A stretch of DNA of 64,000 bases from the human T2T-CHM13v2.0 reference genome, Homo sapiens. The notes beneath the pieces are model-generated. The model was not told the origin of the DNA, ran no database searches, and saw only the letters and a program-made list of their open reading frames with translations. The translations under genes were made by a program, and so were the position numbers. This document shows, piece after piece, positions 40,927-56,029 of the stretch (its first letter is position 1; every line of letters begins with the position of its first letter). Where the stretch lies: the NCBI RefSeq assembly GCF_009914755.1, contig NC_060932.1; one strand, written 5' to 3'.

Positions 40927-41232
40927 TTTTTTTTTTTTTTTTTTTTTTTGAGACAGGATCTCGCTCTGTTGCCCAGGCTGGATTGCAGTGAGGCAATTAT
41001 AGCTCACTGTAACCTCTGACTCCTGGGCTCAAGCGATCTCCCACCTCAGCTTCCTGATTAGCTAGTACTACAGGCGTGTACCACCACACCCAAGTAATCT
41101 TTTAAAATTTTTCGTAGAGATAACATTTTGCTGTGTTGTCCAGGTTGTTCTGAAACTCCTGGGTTCAGATGATCCTCCCGCTTTGGCCTTCCAAAGTGTT
41201 GGGATTACAGGCATGAACCACTGCACCTGGCC
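40927..41232 (-). mobile_element. AluJ (antisense)
   Basis: Long poly-T, then an AluJ-type dimer (CTCCTGGGCTCAAGCGATC). Confidence 0.93.
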
Positions 41233-41801
41233 AAAATTGGTCTTTTTTACAAGCCTTTTTTGTGTGCCCTAAATGAGACCCAGAAGCCACAAGAAGCCTT
41301 GTTGAACCTCATTCTGGTTGCTTGATAATCATTCAAAACCTAGGGTTTTGTGTGGCTTTTGGGAGATAAGCTGCTGGACTCTTTATTCACAGTTAGACAT
41401 TATATGAATAAGGAGTTGGACAGCTGAGTATTAAGTGTCCAGAGAGCAAGAGACTATGGCAAAAAAGAGACATGAACAGATTCAGGAGTCCCAGGATTTG
41501 CAGTGTAAGTCTGGGCTTTGTTTTTTGTCTATGTAAAATGAAGAGATGTAATTATCACTGCCTGCTCCTCAGTTCTTTCCAATTGTAAAATTTGTGATGT
41601 ATTCATTTATTCTGCAGATAGCTACCGATCTGCAGTAGATACTTCCTTCAGTGTCCAGTACTGTTTGGTATGAATGCGTGGAAACTAAGATGTGCGTTTC
41701 TATTTTTATCTTAGTTTTTTGAACCAGTGTTTTTGTTATTATAATTGGTTATTTTATGTATGATACCTTGTATATTGTTTAAAATTTTAGATATGCTTTG
41801 A

Positions 41802-42171
<370 letters not shown>

Positions 42172-44267
42172 TGAATCCAACTGTTTTCAACAAGTTTTCA
42201 CTGCTTACAGTATCTCATCTCTGCTGTTGCAAATCCTGTAAGGATTGGGACAAGATATAAATATCAAATAAAGCAAGTCTGTGCCAGTCCTTTAAAGATT
42301 GCTTAGTTAGAATTTTGTGGCAAGGTTTAACACGTAAACATTAAGTCTAGAACCAAATGTTAAAGAAAGGAAGATAACATTTATTTAATATTATTATATG
42401 CTGTGTTAGTTGCTTTATATTGATGCTTGAAGATAGATGGTATTACTGAGGTTTGTAGAGGTTAAAACTAGTAAGTGATAAGAGTTGGGATTCAGTTTCT
42501 TGTCTTTTGGATTTCAAAACAGACATTATGCTCTGTATATTGTCTATGGAAGAAGTAATGTCATGAAAAATGAAAGATTAAATTATGTTTCAGATTTTGG
42601 TGAAATCAGATATTAAATGGCCGAAAGTTTCCTGATTATATGTTAATTTATCCCTCATCTATTTGGAGGACTAGGGACAATGCTCCCACTTTAAGTCTAA
42701 AATTCTTAATGGCTTTAGGGTTTGAGTTACTTTCAGAGCTTTACTTTTACTTTTCTTCTGAGTTCTTGAGACTTTTAAAACTTTGCATTTATTGTGGCAC
42801 ATTTTTGTTTTACTTAGTAAACTTATTTTAAAAATATTTGCTTGTGCCTACTATGTGACAGGCATTGTGCTAAAGGCCTTTGCCATGACCTGATTAATTA
42901 AGGATATAGATTCTTTTTTTATTTTTTATTTTTTTTACTCTCAGGATATGCTTAAGGATATATATTATTAAAACATCATTTTTTAATTACCCAAAATATT
43001 ATAAACATTGCTCTGACCCTTATTTATTAGTCTCTTGATTTCTCTAAACTTTCACTTTCATTTCTTCAGAGCCAAATCACTCTCTTACCACCCCGTAATG
43101 AGTAGCTCTTGATACTGTAAAGAGACCACATCCATTTTACTTCTGTCTGCATCTTGTGGAATATTATATCAACAATAAGAAATTTTATTCATAATTAATA
43201 AGTTTAGCTTGGCCTCAGTTATAGTATGGTTTATTGTTTATCCTTCTGTATTTGAAGCAAACATAAATAGAGAGGACGTAAATTTAATAATTTATACAGT
43301 ATGCTCCAGTCCCTGACTGTTTACTTCAGCCAGTACTGCTTTCTCCTAGGCCTTTGCTCATGTGTTCTTCCCACTATGCAGTTTCCATAAATAACTTCCT
43401 GTTTTGTTTTTTAATGTCTACTTACTCTTTGTTTCAGTACACGTATCATATGTGGGACCGTCTTTGCTTTCTATCTTTCCAGTTCGTCCACTCTGACACA
43501 GCATGTGTCAGAATCTCTTCCTTATTTTCATAACACCCTAGATATCCCTGTCATTGCTCTTACTGCATTAACTTTTTTATTTGATACGTTTTTGTCATGA
43601 GAATGAGCTTCTGCAAGGAATTATCATTTCTTTTTTATCTTTATATTTTCATTGTGTAGCACAATATTGGCAAACAGTAGAAGTCTGGTACATATTTGAT
43701 GAATGCACAATAAATGGCATTGATTTTTATGTTTATCATTTTAAAAACTTTAGAATACAGCTTCTAATTGTTTTGCTTATCATACAATATTTATTTCAGG
43801 ACTGTATTATTCTTGTGAAAGACTCATAGGTAGATTTTCTCTTAAAATTGTGAAAAAGTTGTCAGAAGACATATTTATATAATGATATTCAAAGGCCATG
43901 CCATGGTGAGATTTTTTTTCCCCTAATCTCCACTGTTCCTCCCCCTCTTAGGATACAGATCTTATGAATGAGACAGAGTAAAGGGCTTTAAGTTGGATAA
44001 AGATTAAGATTCCCTGCTGGTTAATAATTATCAGAATCTGGATGATTATTTATTTGGATGAAACGATGCATACATTGTGTGCATCAAAAGTAAAGCATAT
44101 GTGATTGTTAGAGGAATGTTTGAATTCCCCAGTGGGATGTCATGGGGTATGTTTATAAACTCCCACTAAGCAGTAGTTCTACAATGGAATTTCTCTGGCA
44201 TTGAGATAATAATTTGCACAGTCAAATTACCTTCTTTACAAAACCCCAAGGAATCATAAGGGCCTAA

Positions 44268-44378
<111 letters not shown>

Positions 44379-44527
44379 TGAGTATTTTACAAGAGGATTG
44401 TGTTTTGTTATTCTGATAAATCTTTTTTAATTAAAATGGAATTTGCATTTGATTTTCCTGTTTGTTTTCATGCTGTTCATTTACAGAATATCTACACACT
44501 TACTTTTTTTTCTTTTCCTCTCACCAG

Positions 44528-44587
44528 ATTTGTTGGAGACCAAGAAGCCTGGCATGAACTTGCAGAACTTTACATCAATGAACATGA
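44528..44587 (+). CDS. EMC2: EMC2 coding exon 7 ([21 protein letters not shown])
   Basis: Long pyrimidine tract + ccAG; donor GTAAGT; 60 nt; preceded by a 150-nt intron. Confidence 0.98.
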
Positions 44588-47350
44588 GTAAGTTATTAAA
44601 CACACAACATTTTGTTGAGTGCAGTTTTCATCACTGTAAGTTCAGAAAGCACTGTGGTTTCCAAAGGATTGGTGAGAGGGTGTGAATCATGTCATTTGAA
44701 ATGAGAAACAGAACAAATCAACAATTAAATGAAAAAGAACAAATCAGTAATTCACTGGTCATAATAAGTGAATAGCTTTAACTAGGTCATTTGTGTTTTG
44801 CCAAATTGTTTATGTTTAGGAAATAAGTTTTTCTTTCAAATATAGATGGCATTCTTTGGAAATAAAAAGGCCTGCATTTGCTAAGCTAAGTTTATTTTTG
44901 GTAAATCAAAGTTGTGAATTTTTAGAGTTCAGATTGTTCTTATATACAAAGAGTATTATACTCCCTGCTGTTTAAAAATTCTGTCAATTGTATGCATGTA
45001 TTAGCCTTAGTACTAAGAGAATCAACTCTTCCAAAGTAGAAGCATTCTGTTGCCTGGGTAAAAAACTGAGAATAATCAAGAATGTTGAATGCTCTAGGAT
45101 CTTGCTTATTGGATGTTTAATGTTTTTGTTAGCTTTTTTATTGCTGTAGTGACAGGAGGAAATCCCAGTGTGAGAGGATTAGTCCAGAGTCTTAGTGCAA
45201 GTTTTCTAATATTACAGCATTAATGCTAACCTCCATCTAGAGGCGTGTTTTTTATTTTTTTTCTTAGTTCTTCTAAATCTGAAGTATATGACATTGTTTC
45301 TTTTCCTTCTTTTTGACAGAATAGAATCAGATTCTCATGCGCATTTTCTTGTGCATGAATATTTAACCTTGTTCTCATACTACAAACAACTGATGAGAAA
45401 CAGAATGAAGACATTTGTCTATTGTCTGTGGTCTATATATATAATGTGATCTAGAGGATTGAGGTAGTCTATTTGCATAAGTCTAAGGAAAGTGGGAGCT
45501 AAAATAAAAGTAATAGCTGTAATTTAATGAATGTATACTATATTCTAGGAACTGTTTTTCAAGTTCTCTGCTGTACTCTGAAACAGATATTCTGGTTTTG
45601 ATTAGGAAATTATTTCCTGAATCACATTCAGTATAGATGATATGCTTGTATGTACACATATGTAAACATACTCATGATTTCTTACACATGTGAAACAGTA
45701 TATAATACTTATATTTAAATACATGAAATTGAATTTTTAGAGTATAGTAAAAATAATTAGCATTAATTTTATTTTGTTTCTAAAACAGGTGACAGTCATT
45801 TAACATTTTTTGTACTTTCTAAAGATTTTCTGACTAAAAGCATTTTAAAACATTTCAAATCAACAAGGAAATTTTTTTTTTCAAGTTAAAGGAATACCTA
45901 ATGCAGAAAATTTGAGAAACACAGTAAAGCATAAAGACCAAGACAAAAATTACATGTAATTCCAGCATCCTAAGTTAACTATAGTTTGTTTGGTTTTTGT
46001 CCTTCCTTATCTTTTAAAATAAAAGCCCAAAATAAAATTATCTTCCGTAGTTTATACTTTCCCTTAGTTATATTTTGTTCAAAAATTTCTTGTCACTGTA
46101 ACAATCTACAGTGTGTTTTGAATGGCTTTATATTATTTCATCTTACTAATTTACCCTAGTATTTTTAACCAGTTTCCTAGGGAGATATAAAGGTTGTTTT
46201 ATATTTTTATATATAATGCTGTAGTGATCATTTTTATTTTGTTTCCTTGGGTTAAATTCTTTGAAGTAAAATTGCTTGATTAAATAAGATGTACATTTTC
46301 TGTGGTTTTGATAAATAGTTCCTGATTGTTCCCTAGAATGGTAACATCAATTTACTTGCACACCAGCATTTACTAGAGTCCCTCTTTAACAACACTGGAT
46401 ACTATGATTCTTTTTTAATCTTTACAAGTTTGATAGGTGAAATTGGTTCTACCTTTTTAGTTCATTTTTACGAGCTCTTTTTATAAAGGAGAGCAACCAT
46501 TTGTCAAAAGTATATCCTTGTTATATGCTTTTTAAATACTGACTTCTTAAAATTATAGAAACTTTACATTTTTAGAAAATCAGATTCATCAATTTTTAAC
46601 ATTATCATGTCTGCTGTCCTTTAATAGCTTAAAAATATATCACCTTTTCCCCCTACTTCATTTGCAATTTTATTTTTTTGCATGTATTTCTAATATTTAT
46701 TTCATCATCAAATTTAGGTTATACCTTATTTTTAACCTACCATTAAATTTACTTATTTTTTTCACCATGTGGTACCACCTTCAGTTTTGCTTTGTTTGGA
46801 ATCTAAAGAGTTTATTGAAACAGAGGTGAATGTACACTTAAGAGAAATGAACTGAGAAATCTCAAAAAATGAAGATTTACAAAGATGTAGGAGCACCTAA
46901 AAATATTTTTTTAGAGAAAATGATAATTATGGTCAGCCTACCCTTTTATCTAGTATCACAAAACTCTTTTTGGTCTTAAAGCTAGTTAGTTACAAAATGA
47001 CCATTTTTTTTTTCTAATTGAACACTTAGAAGGAATATTTATGTTTAGGTGACTGGAAATGCATATCTACAGGTTTTTTTGAAACTGTGAAAATTACAAT
47101 CAGTTCACTTGATTCATTTGACATGTTTGAGCAAGTCATTATAGGAGGCAGGAATTTTTTGATGGAATGTTAAATTATCGTAGGATATCAGTTTTAGCAC
47201 CAGTCTTGCGGACACAGTGGCAAAAACGTAGCAGTTTCGAAAATGTCAGATATATTTAACATTCGATATTCCTTTCTGCATATGAACAGTTGTAAGCTTT
47301 TTTAAGTATAATAGGTCGCAGGCAGCTTTGGTAGCCTATATCTAGAACTA

Positions 47351-47476
47351 TTTTTTTTCTTTAAGAGACAGAGTCTACAACATTTCCCAGGCTAGACTTG
47401 AGCTCCTGGGCTAAAGTACTCTTCCCACCTCAGCCTTTTGTGTAGCTGGCACTACAGGTGTGTCACTGTGCCCAGC
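47351..47476 (-). mobile_element. FLAM monomer
   Basis: Single Alu-like arm; degenerate TSD TCT(A/G)GAA. Confidence 0.8.
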
Positions 47477-47747
47477 TCTGGAATTTTTAAACTCCAAATA
47501 AATATCTATAGTATAATTTTCATATAGCCCTATTTAATGTTTCTATAGAGAGAAAAAGGGATATAGAATTGTGCCATGTAACCTTTTTATATTTTTAAGT
47601 TACTTTTATAAGTTTGTTTCTGATTTATAGTTTGTTTTTAGTTATTCCAGGGATATATGTTACATCCATTGACCATATTGAGACACTTGTTCTAAAGTTT
47701 TAAAACTACAGTTAATTTTTTTGTGTCAACACTACCAGTATGTATTA

Positions 47748-47980
47748 TAGGTTAAGTATCCATAACCTGAAAATCTGAAATCCACAATACTCCAAAATCT
47801 GAAACTTTGAGTGCCAACATGATGCTCAAAGGAAATGCTCATTGGAGCATTTTGGATTTGGGATTTTTGCGTTAGGGATGTTCAACCAGTAAGAATGCAG
47901 ATATTTTAAAATCTGAAAACTTCTGAAATCTGAAACATTTCTGGTCCCAAGCATTTTGGTTAAGGGATACCCAACCTTTG
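47748..47980. mobile_element. Tigger4a/MER46A-like DNA transposon
   Basis: TAGGTTAAGTATCC ... GGATACCCAACCT terminal inverted repeats; TA flanks; ~233 bp. Confidence 0.85.
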
Positions 47981-49209
47981 TAAGCAAAAATACATTCACA
48001 TTATGAAAGACAAATTTTTTTACTTCATTTGTTATTGAAACTAGATACTATACAGCAAGGAACAGTTAGTATTATACATTAATTATGATTGTGATTATAG
48101 TTCCTTTTCATAAGTCCAGCCTTTTAAAATTCCATATCAAAGGGAATTACCACAATTCTTTAAGGAAAAATTGTGATGTTGGTGAAGTAACACACAGTAC
48201 CAAATACTGTAACCTTTAGTTATATATACTTTTGTAAGGAAGAGAAGAAAACTTTATTTAGTTCTAGTACTGACTCTAATATTGTAATAACAATTGTTAT
48301 TCTGTTTTAAGTAGATTCAAATTATTTTTACTTCTCTATTCTTAGTCTTGTTGAGTCACTGTGTGTAATGAATTAACTTCTCTATGCACCTAGAATAGTA
48401 CTGGCTATGTATTATCCCTGACAAGACTGAGGAAATAGTCACTTTCTGCGTGGCCTAACAATGGCCTAGAAAAGCTGGACTAGACCATCTGTTGAGCTCC
48501 TTCTAGCTCTAATTTTATTTAATTCTATATTTTATCCACAAAATTAGTTTGATACTGTACTTTATAAAATTGGGGGAAGGAGTCCTTTTCTCATATGTGA
48601 TGCTAATTGATTTTTGAGAAAATATCTTGGTATTCATTTTACCCTAAGAGCTGCTACTACCTGCCCATTTTATCTTGCTTTATGCACCAGTGTCACAGTT
48701 GTGCTCAACCCATTTAAATGTCTAAGAACTTTTATTCTTAGTCTCAATATGAATTTTTGGCATCATACTATTAATAATTAAAGGAACACATTTAGAAGAG
48801 AACTGTCTTTTGATAAAGTGTTTAAGGTAGAGACAAATTTTCCCTTTTCTTTTCGAGTGATAAATATATATTAGGTAGGTAGTCATAACACATTTGTTTT
48901 AGACATTTATTCAATCATTTGTTCAGTCTTATTAAATACCTATCATGTGTCAAGAACCAATGCTAGGTTTTGAATTTAAAAATGGAAAGGGCTAAATAGC
49001 TGCATGATCTTGGATGAGAGTACACACACACACACACACATACATATATATATGTGGTCCTTCATAAATCTAAAATGCTGTAATTATTAGGTAATCTGCA
49101 GGGTGTATTTTTTTTCCTCAGTCCCTTTGGGTGTGACTGCTGTACACATTTTCATGTTACCATTGACATCTTCAGTTTTTCAATGTGATGTGTAATGCAT
49201 ATAAGCAGC

Positions 49210-49415
49210 ATATGTAGTGGTTGAAGAGTACAGGCTGTCTGGAGTGGCACAGCCTGGGATTCAGTTTACATCTCTGTGCCTCAGTATTCTCAGCTCTAGC
49301 ATGTTGATAATAATTTCCTTCTTCCTAGGGTTTTGGTAGGATTAAATGAGTTAATACATGTAACACATTTAGAACAATGCATGACACGTAATAAGCATTT
49401 AGTAAAAGCTATTAT
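49210..49415 (+). mobile_element. MIR SINE
   Basis: TCTCTGTGCCTCAGT and GGATTAAATGAGTTAATACATGTAA core motifs. Confidence 0.75.
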
Positions 49416-50333
49416 TAGTATACATGTGTGAAACAGGAAAATAATTTTTAAAAGTATATCAGGCAGTAGTGTAAAGGTAGATCCCTTTGTATACTGGTAA
49501 ATGCCAAAAATAACTTTAGGTAGCCTCTTTTTGTTGGGTAGTGTCATCACTTCCTCACTGGGAAGAAATCTTGTAACACCTGTGTTCATTAGAATTTCCT
49601 GTAGATAGTGAGGATAGTCACATGGCATTAAACGTTTAAAATATATTTAGTGAATTACAGTCACATGCTTTAAAATGTTTTTCCAGAGCTCTTTCTGGCA
49701 GTTCTCTTTCCTTAGGTTTTCAGCAAGATTTTTGTTTATTCTACCACAAGATTAAATAATAGTACAGTATATATCAAAACCAACTTGATCTGTTTTTCAT
49801 GGGCTTAGAAATTTATAACTTCATTATAATTTGGTATTTGACAGTGAACTTAAGTAATGAGAGAAATCTTTGTAATAGAATATGTTGGTAAATATATGCC
49901 TGTGAAGAATTTTTAGTGAGTAGAGAATATTTAATAAAATGTTTATTTTCTCCTTACACATTAGCTGTTTGAATATTTTTTTAAATGATCAGTCAACTTC
50001 CAGAAGTTGTTTTATATACAGCTTGATCCAAGGTCTTGAAGCCCTTCTTATTAGTAGTGATGGGATGTAGTAGGAGTGACCCAGTTTTTGAAATGTAGTA
50101 TCTATTGATTGTTTGCAGGCTGCTTTAAGATTTAAGCCTGTGTTTATTAATTTCATGATAAAATTTAATGTCATTGATATTTATGAATTTCAGATGACAG
50201 ATACTTTATTAATAAAGCTATGTAAATTATATTGGGAATAAATTGTTTAACATGACTAAAGTTGTTTTTAAATTATTTCAAGGTTTAACTAAGATAAAAA
50301 TTTGTGACTTTAAAAATTAATTTCTCCTCTTGA

Positions 50334-50531
<198 letters not shown>

Positions 50532-51241
50532 TAAAACATCTGATGAGCATTGAATTGTGGGAATAAAAGTTTAAAATTTTTAACATTGCAGTGGTAATAC
50601 TGACTTAAGACATACTTAAAACAGTGAAATTCCTTGTATTTTTATATTTGTATACTATTTTCTTTCCTAATTATAAGTTATATCACATTTGTCACCACTT
50701 AATGGCTTGTGAGACATTTATAGTGATTATGATTGTTAAATCCATATTCTGGGAAATTTGTATTAAAGCCAATTGGGACATAAGTATTTATTTAATTTGC
50801 ATATTATTAAGAATAGCAGTACAGCTGAATGCTATAAGGCTAGAAGGACTTCATTATTAAAGAATGTCCATGCAGATTATAAAAGGACAATTCAATATTT
50901 AAGTCCACATTTATAATGCCAGTAATAGAAAATACAATGTGAGGTGAAGCATTTGCGAGGCAGCTGAAATAGAAATTATTCTGGCTTTTTATTGCGGCAG
51001 CATTTTTGTTTTAGAAACTACTCAGTCATCTCAATGTTCATAGAATAGAATAGCTTTTTTGGGGAAGGTTATGTTTGAAATTTTAGATTAGCTTTAAAAA
51101 CCTTTAGGTGAATTCTTTTAACATCTTGTATTTGTTTACAGAGAATATCTGTTTCGATTACTGAATGCCTGTGGTATGATGAAACCATGCTATATTTCAA
51201 AGTAGTAAAATAAACAGTTTTCAGCACTTTGCAATTTTTAA

Positions 51242-51361
<120 letters not shown>

Positions 51362-52249
51362 TGAGGTGCATGTTTAATGTTATTTTTAAAAATCTGTCAC
51401 TTAAAATCCATTTAACTATCCCCTTCAATCACTCCTCTCCTGTTTTTTGTATTTTATTGATAAGCATGTTTTTTTCTGTAATTAATTCTGAGCAATAGCT
51501 TGTAAGCCAGTTTTCTTTTTGAATGTTAACACAGCCTAGCTGTTTGACATTCTTTTTTTGTAAACTATCTTTTATATCAGAATTGAAATCTGCCCTTATA
51601 AAATTAAATAGTGACAGATAGGAAAAAAACATGATTTCTTGTTTTGATATTCTTGGGTTTATGCCCAACATTATTGTATTTCTTCCCTAAATTATAGTTG
51701 TATGAGGTATTTTTAAACAGTGCCAATAAAATACATTAGAAATAAAATCCCTAATACATCAAATTAAAACATTTTTTATGGTGTAGAAAAACAGTTTGGA
51801 AATTGTGGGAAGTATGTAATGACCTATTGTTTAGGTATGCCAAATGCTGAGCTTAGAAAAGTCAATTAATAAGAGCTGTGGGAAATAGAGGAATAATCTG
51901 CTGACCTTTAAAACATATATATAAAGTGAGCACCTCCCTACAATAAGAAACGCTGGGAGAAATAAACTTTAATATTTTATTTATCCTGTTCCTTTGACTT
52001 CTTGATGAGTGTCTTCTTGTTGCAGCTCAGTGAAAAGGAACTGAGTGAAGAAATGGAAATAGGAAGAAACAAAAATGAAACAATTTTTAAAAAGGAATGG
52101 CAAAATATGGTTAGAAGGTGGTTCAAATGAATTTCAAGAAAATTTTCCTGGATTTTAGCAAAGCCAATTGCAATGGCTTGAAAATACGCTATAGTAGAAG
52201 TATCTCTGTATCAAATAAATACTAATTTTAAAAACTAATATACAACAAA

Positions 52250-52490
52250 TTAATAATAGCTTATACATGGCACTTCATGTGCTGGGCATTGTTCTGAGCT
52301 CTGTTTTTTATTTTAAATCAATAAATCCGCACATCAACTGTTTGAGTAGGTGCTCTCAATACTATCCTCAGGTGGTGAAACTGAGACACAGATTTAATTA
52401 ATTTGCCCAAAGATGGGCACAGAGCTCCTAAATGATCGAGTTGGGTTTCCAGCCCAGGAAGTTAACTCCAGAGTTTTTCTCGTAACCACT
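52250..52490 (-). mobile_element. MIR SINE
   Basis: GAAACTGAGACACAGA..TAATTTGCCCAA core in reverse orientation. Confidence 0.7.
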
Positions 52491-53468
52491 GCATCTGCTA
52501 AAATTCATAAGAAGAAGGTAACATTAAAGTCATAGAGGTATAAAAATCAGATTTGGGGATATAGATTCTTCACTGGCAGAGAGGGAGACATAGGTGAAAG
52601 AGCCTATAGCACAGGCTGGCATAAAACAAAGGCTTAACCTTTTTTTGAATCACATGGTCATATTCTTTTAAGAGTAAAATATATTTAAGAATAGGAATCA
52701 AGTTATATCTTACTCTTCACAGTAATATATACATTTAATAATTAGCATATGATTTTGGGGTTTTATGGATTCTTTCACAGATCCCAGATTAAGAACCGCT
52801 CATTTAAATACATTTTTAAAAAGGAGAGGGTGGATCAAATTGCAGGGACTAATTAGTTCTCTGAAACACAGTTTGAAAACTCATGGTATAGTGAAAAGAG
52901 AAATGGATTAGAGATAAGGATCTTCTTTATTTCGAAGACCCATTATTTTGCTTTGGTCAAGTTAAATCTCTCTTACTGGACTTAAATTTCTTTAACCTAT
53001 TAATGTAGGATGTCAGGCTAAATTATTTTTGAGTTTCCTTTTTCTATAAATATTCAATAATTCTATGATTCTGACATAGCAAGTTATGTAATTCAGTAAT
53101 AAGAAATAACACCAGTAATATCCTACAGTGGTAAAGTGCTTTTGGTTTATAAAGTGTTCTTCTATAGCTTCTTTATTTAAATGATATGGAATTTTACCTT
53201 TAAGAGCTGTTACAGGTACATAATTAAATAATTTTAGGTATTATTTAAAATATCTTTTCCCTTTCCACTATTTTGGATTTATACTATATTTTAAAATATA
53301 TTTTCATTTTTAAGCACTAATATTCAACTTTATGTTTATATTAAAAATTATTTTAATACAGTTTTTAAAAATTCTTTATTATCCCATTGCAACCATGTCC
53401 CTTATGTTTTTGATTATCTTGACTAGCAAAAAAGGAATTTTGCTTTTGATGTTTTTATTTGTTTTTAG

Positions 53469-53585
<117 letters not shown>

Positions 53586-54224
53586 TGATCATTTTGCTAT
53601 GTAGGTCAGTTAATGTATTTCTTAGTTTTGTTTCTACAAACTACAAAGTCGTATGTCTAGCATTGGACTTATATATGCCTTTGGGGCTTTATCAAATGTG
53701 TTGTGTTTTGAATTAATTTGTAGTTTTAAGATTACCTTTTTTTCCCCTCAAGAGGAATCTGTTAGTATTATTATTTCATAATTAGCCTTACCATATGGAA
53801 ATCTCAGTGGTTCTGCATTTGGCAAACGCAAAGTAATTCTAAAAACTCAGAAAGGATAAATAAATATCACGTCACATTTCAGAAGCAGATTGGGTATGTG
53901 AGTGTATTATTAATCATAGGTATCTCAAGAAATAGAAAAGAAGGAAGAAAGCCTTAAACTAATCAAACTGCATAACAAAGTTTGTGCAGTCTGCTTACAC
54001 TTCAGATCCTTTACTGAAACTTCTCCATTTGTATCTTAGTTTTCTAAAGTTCGTCCTTAGCAGATTTTTTAGGAAATTATTTTTCGTTAGAAATTTGCTC
54101 ATGGGAAAACACATCTTTTTATGTCTTTAGCCTTATTTGTCTATAGCCTTTATATTTAAAGGACAATTTGGCTTTTTATATACCCGTTAATACTTTACCT
54201 AAGTATCTTAAGCATACTGTTCAG

Positions 54225-54360
54225 TTTTGTTTTGTTTTTAATATAGACGAGATCTTGCTATATTGCCCAGGCTGGCCATGAACTCCTGGCTTCATGTGAT
54301 CCTCTTACCTCAGCCTCCTAAGTAGCTGGGACTGCAGGTGCAGGCATCACCATGCCCAGC
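54225..54360 (-). mobile_element. FLAM monomer
   Basis: Single Alu-like arm with a T-rich tail. Confidence 0.8.
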
Positions 54361-56029
54361 TATTTCATTCTGTTTCAGAATAAAATGTTGCCGTCAGGAA
54401 ATATGATGCCGTCTTGACTTACTTTTTATCATAAGTGACTTGTCTGGTTACGCAAAGGAATTTTTTCTTTATCTTTAAAATCCAGTAGTCTTACTATGAT
54501 TTGTTTTATTGATTATTCTTGGGTCAGTTTTCCCAAATACACAGTACACCCATTTAGTACATCAGTTTAGCCCTTTTATTTGAGAAAAGTTGCTTTTAGA
54601 ATTACAAATATTTTTTTCTCTGCTTAGTTTTCTTTTTCAGGGTTTCAGTAATACATGTATTAGACTTCATTTTTCTATGTCCTTTATTCATTTTCTTTCA
54701 AATTATTTTGTCATTTTCTGTATTTTATAAAAATATGAATTTGATTCATATTTTTCTTTCCTCCATGTTTAAATGAGGTAGTTTTCCTGGACTATTAGGA
54801 GACGATGTTTATGGAATGGCAGGGAGTTGGAGATAGGTTAGGGTAGCTTTCCCAGCTTGGCTATTCTATGGCCGTCTCCTTTTTTGCTAAAGAGAATTCA
54901 AATATGACCTCTTTGTATAGCCGGTCTTTCTTAGAACTGAGTATGAATGGCCAGTCTGTCTTAGAACTCAGTGTGACTCAGAAAGATTTTCTGGCTTCAG
55001 CCCTCTGTTCTGTTTCTAGAGCCCTCAAAGTCTTGAATTCTGAGGTGTTGCTCTCACTTTAAATGTTACATATTGTTGTTACAGTTTGTGTTTCTTCCTT
55101 TTTGTTTTGTTTTCTTCTGGGATTGCTGCCTCTGGGCATCACTCCTTTCCTCACCCCTCCTTGTCTGAACCATCTCTCCTTCTTGCCCTGGTGTTTCTGC
55201 CCTGTTCAGTTTGGTTTCAGTTTTTAATTGTTTTTCTTCAGGGTGTGAGGTTTTGTCCTTCTGGAAGAGGATGTTTGCTAGATATTTTAGAAATTTTAAG
55301 ATATTAGACGGTTAGACTTGTCTAATCTCACATTTATGAGCAGTTTTTTACATTTATCTTTGTTTTGGAGCTTATGAAGACTTCTAGGCCATTGGCAGCT
55401 GCATCATCTCAGGTTTTCTTGTTTAGTGGATTAAGAATTCATAATTTGTTTGGTTTTTGGTTTCTTGTAGAGTAGTAGGTTGTCCTCTATTACTTTCTAT
55501 TCCTCCTACCACACAGTTGTTAATCTTTTGTTGGTCATGCTGCTCTTGATGACATAGTCACATTCTAGGGTTTGGAAAATTGACTGTTACCTAGTTTTTT
55601 TGAAAATGTCATCTGTGGGCGTGGGTTCTGTTATGTTGGTTTTGGTGCTGGCTTTTTGTTGTTCGTTTTTGCCCTTCTGGTTGGAGAAAATTGAGAAGAT
55701 TTTACAAATGTAGTGCCTCCATAATCACATCATTGAAAGTCACCTTTGTGTATTTTTATTGTCTGTTATAGAGCATGTTAGTTTTGTTGGCATATTCTAA
55801 GTCAGAGTATTTATAAATATTAGTGAGACTGTGCTTCTTCAAATGCAGTTTGGGATAGCTCAGATCTGTAATGGAGTTCCACACAGAGTAGGCTTGGGGG
55901 TGTGTGGGTGTGTGTGATTTATGTAATATTAAAAAAAAAGATTTGTGTAATATAAAAGTAACGTTATGCATACTACATAATTGTTTTTAAGATATGAGAA
56001 ACAGCTACTCAGAGTGCTTTTTTGACATA

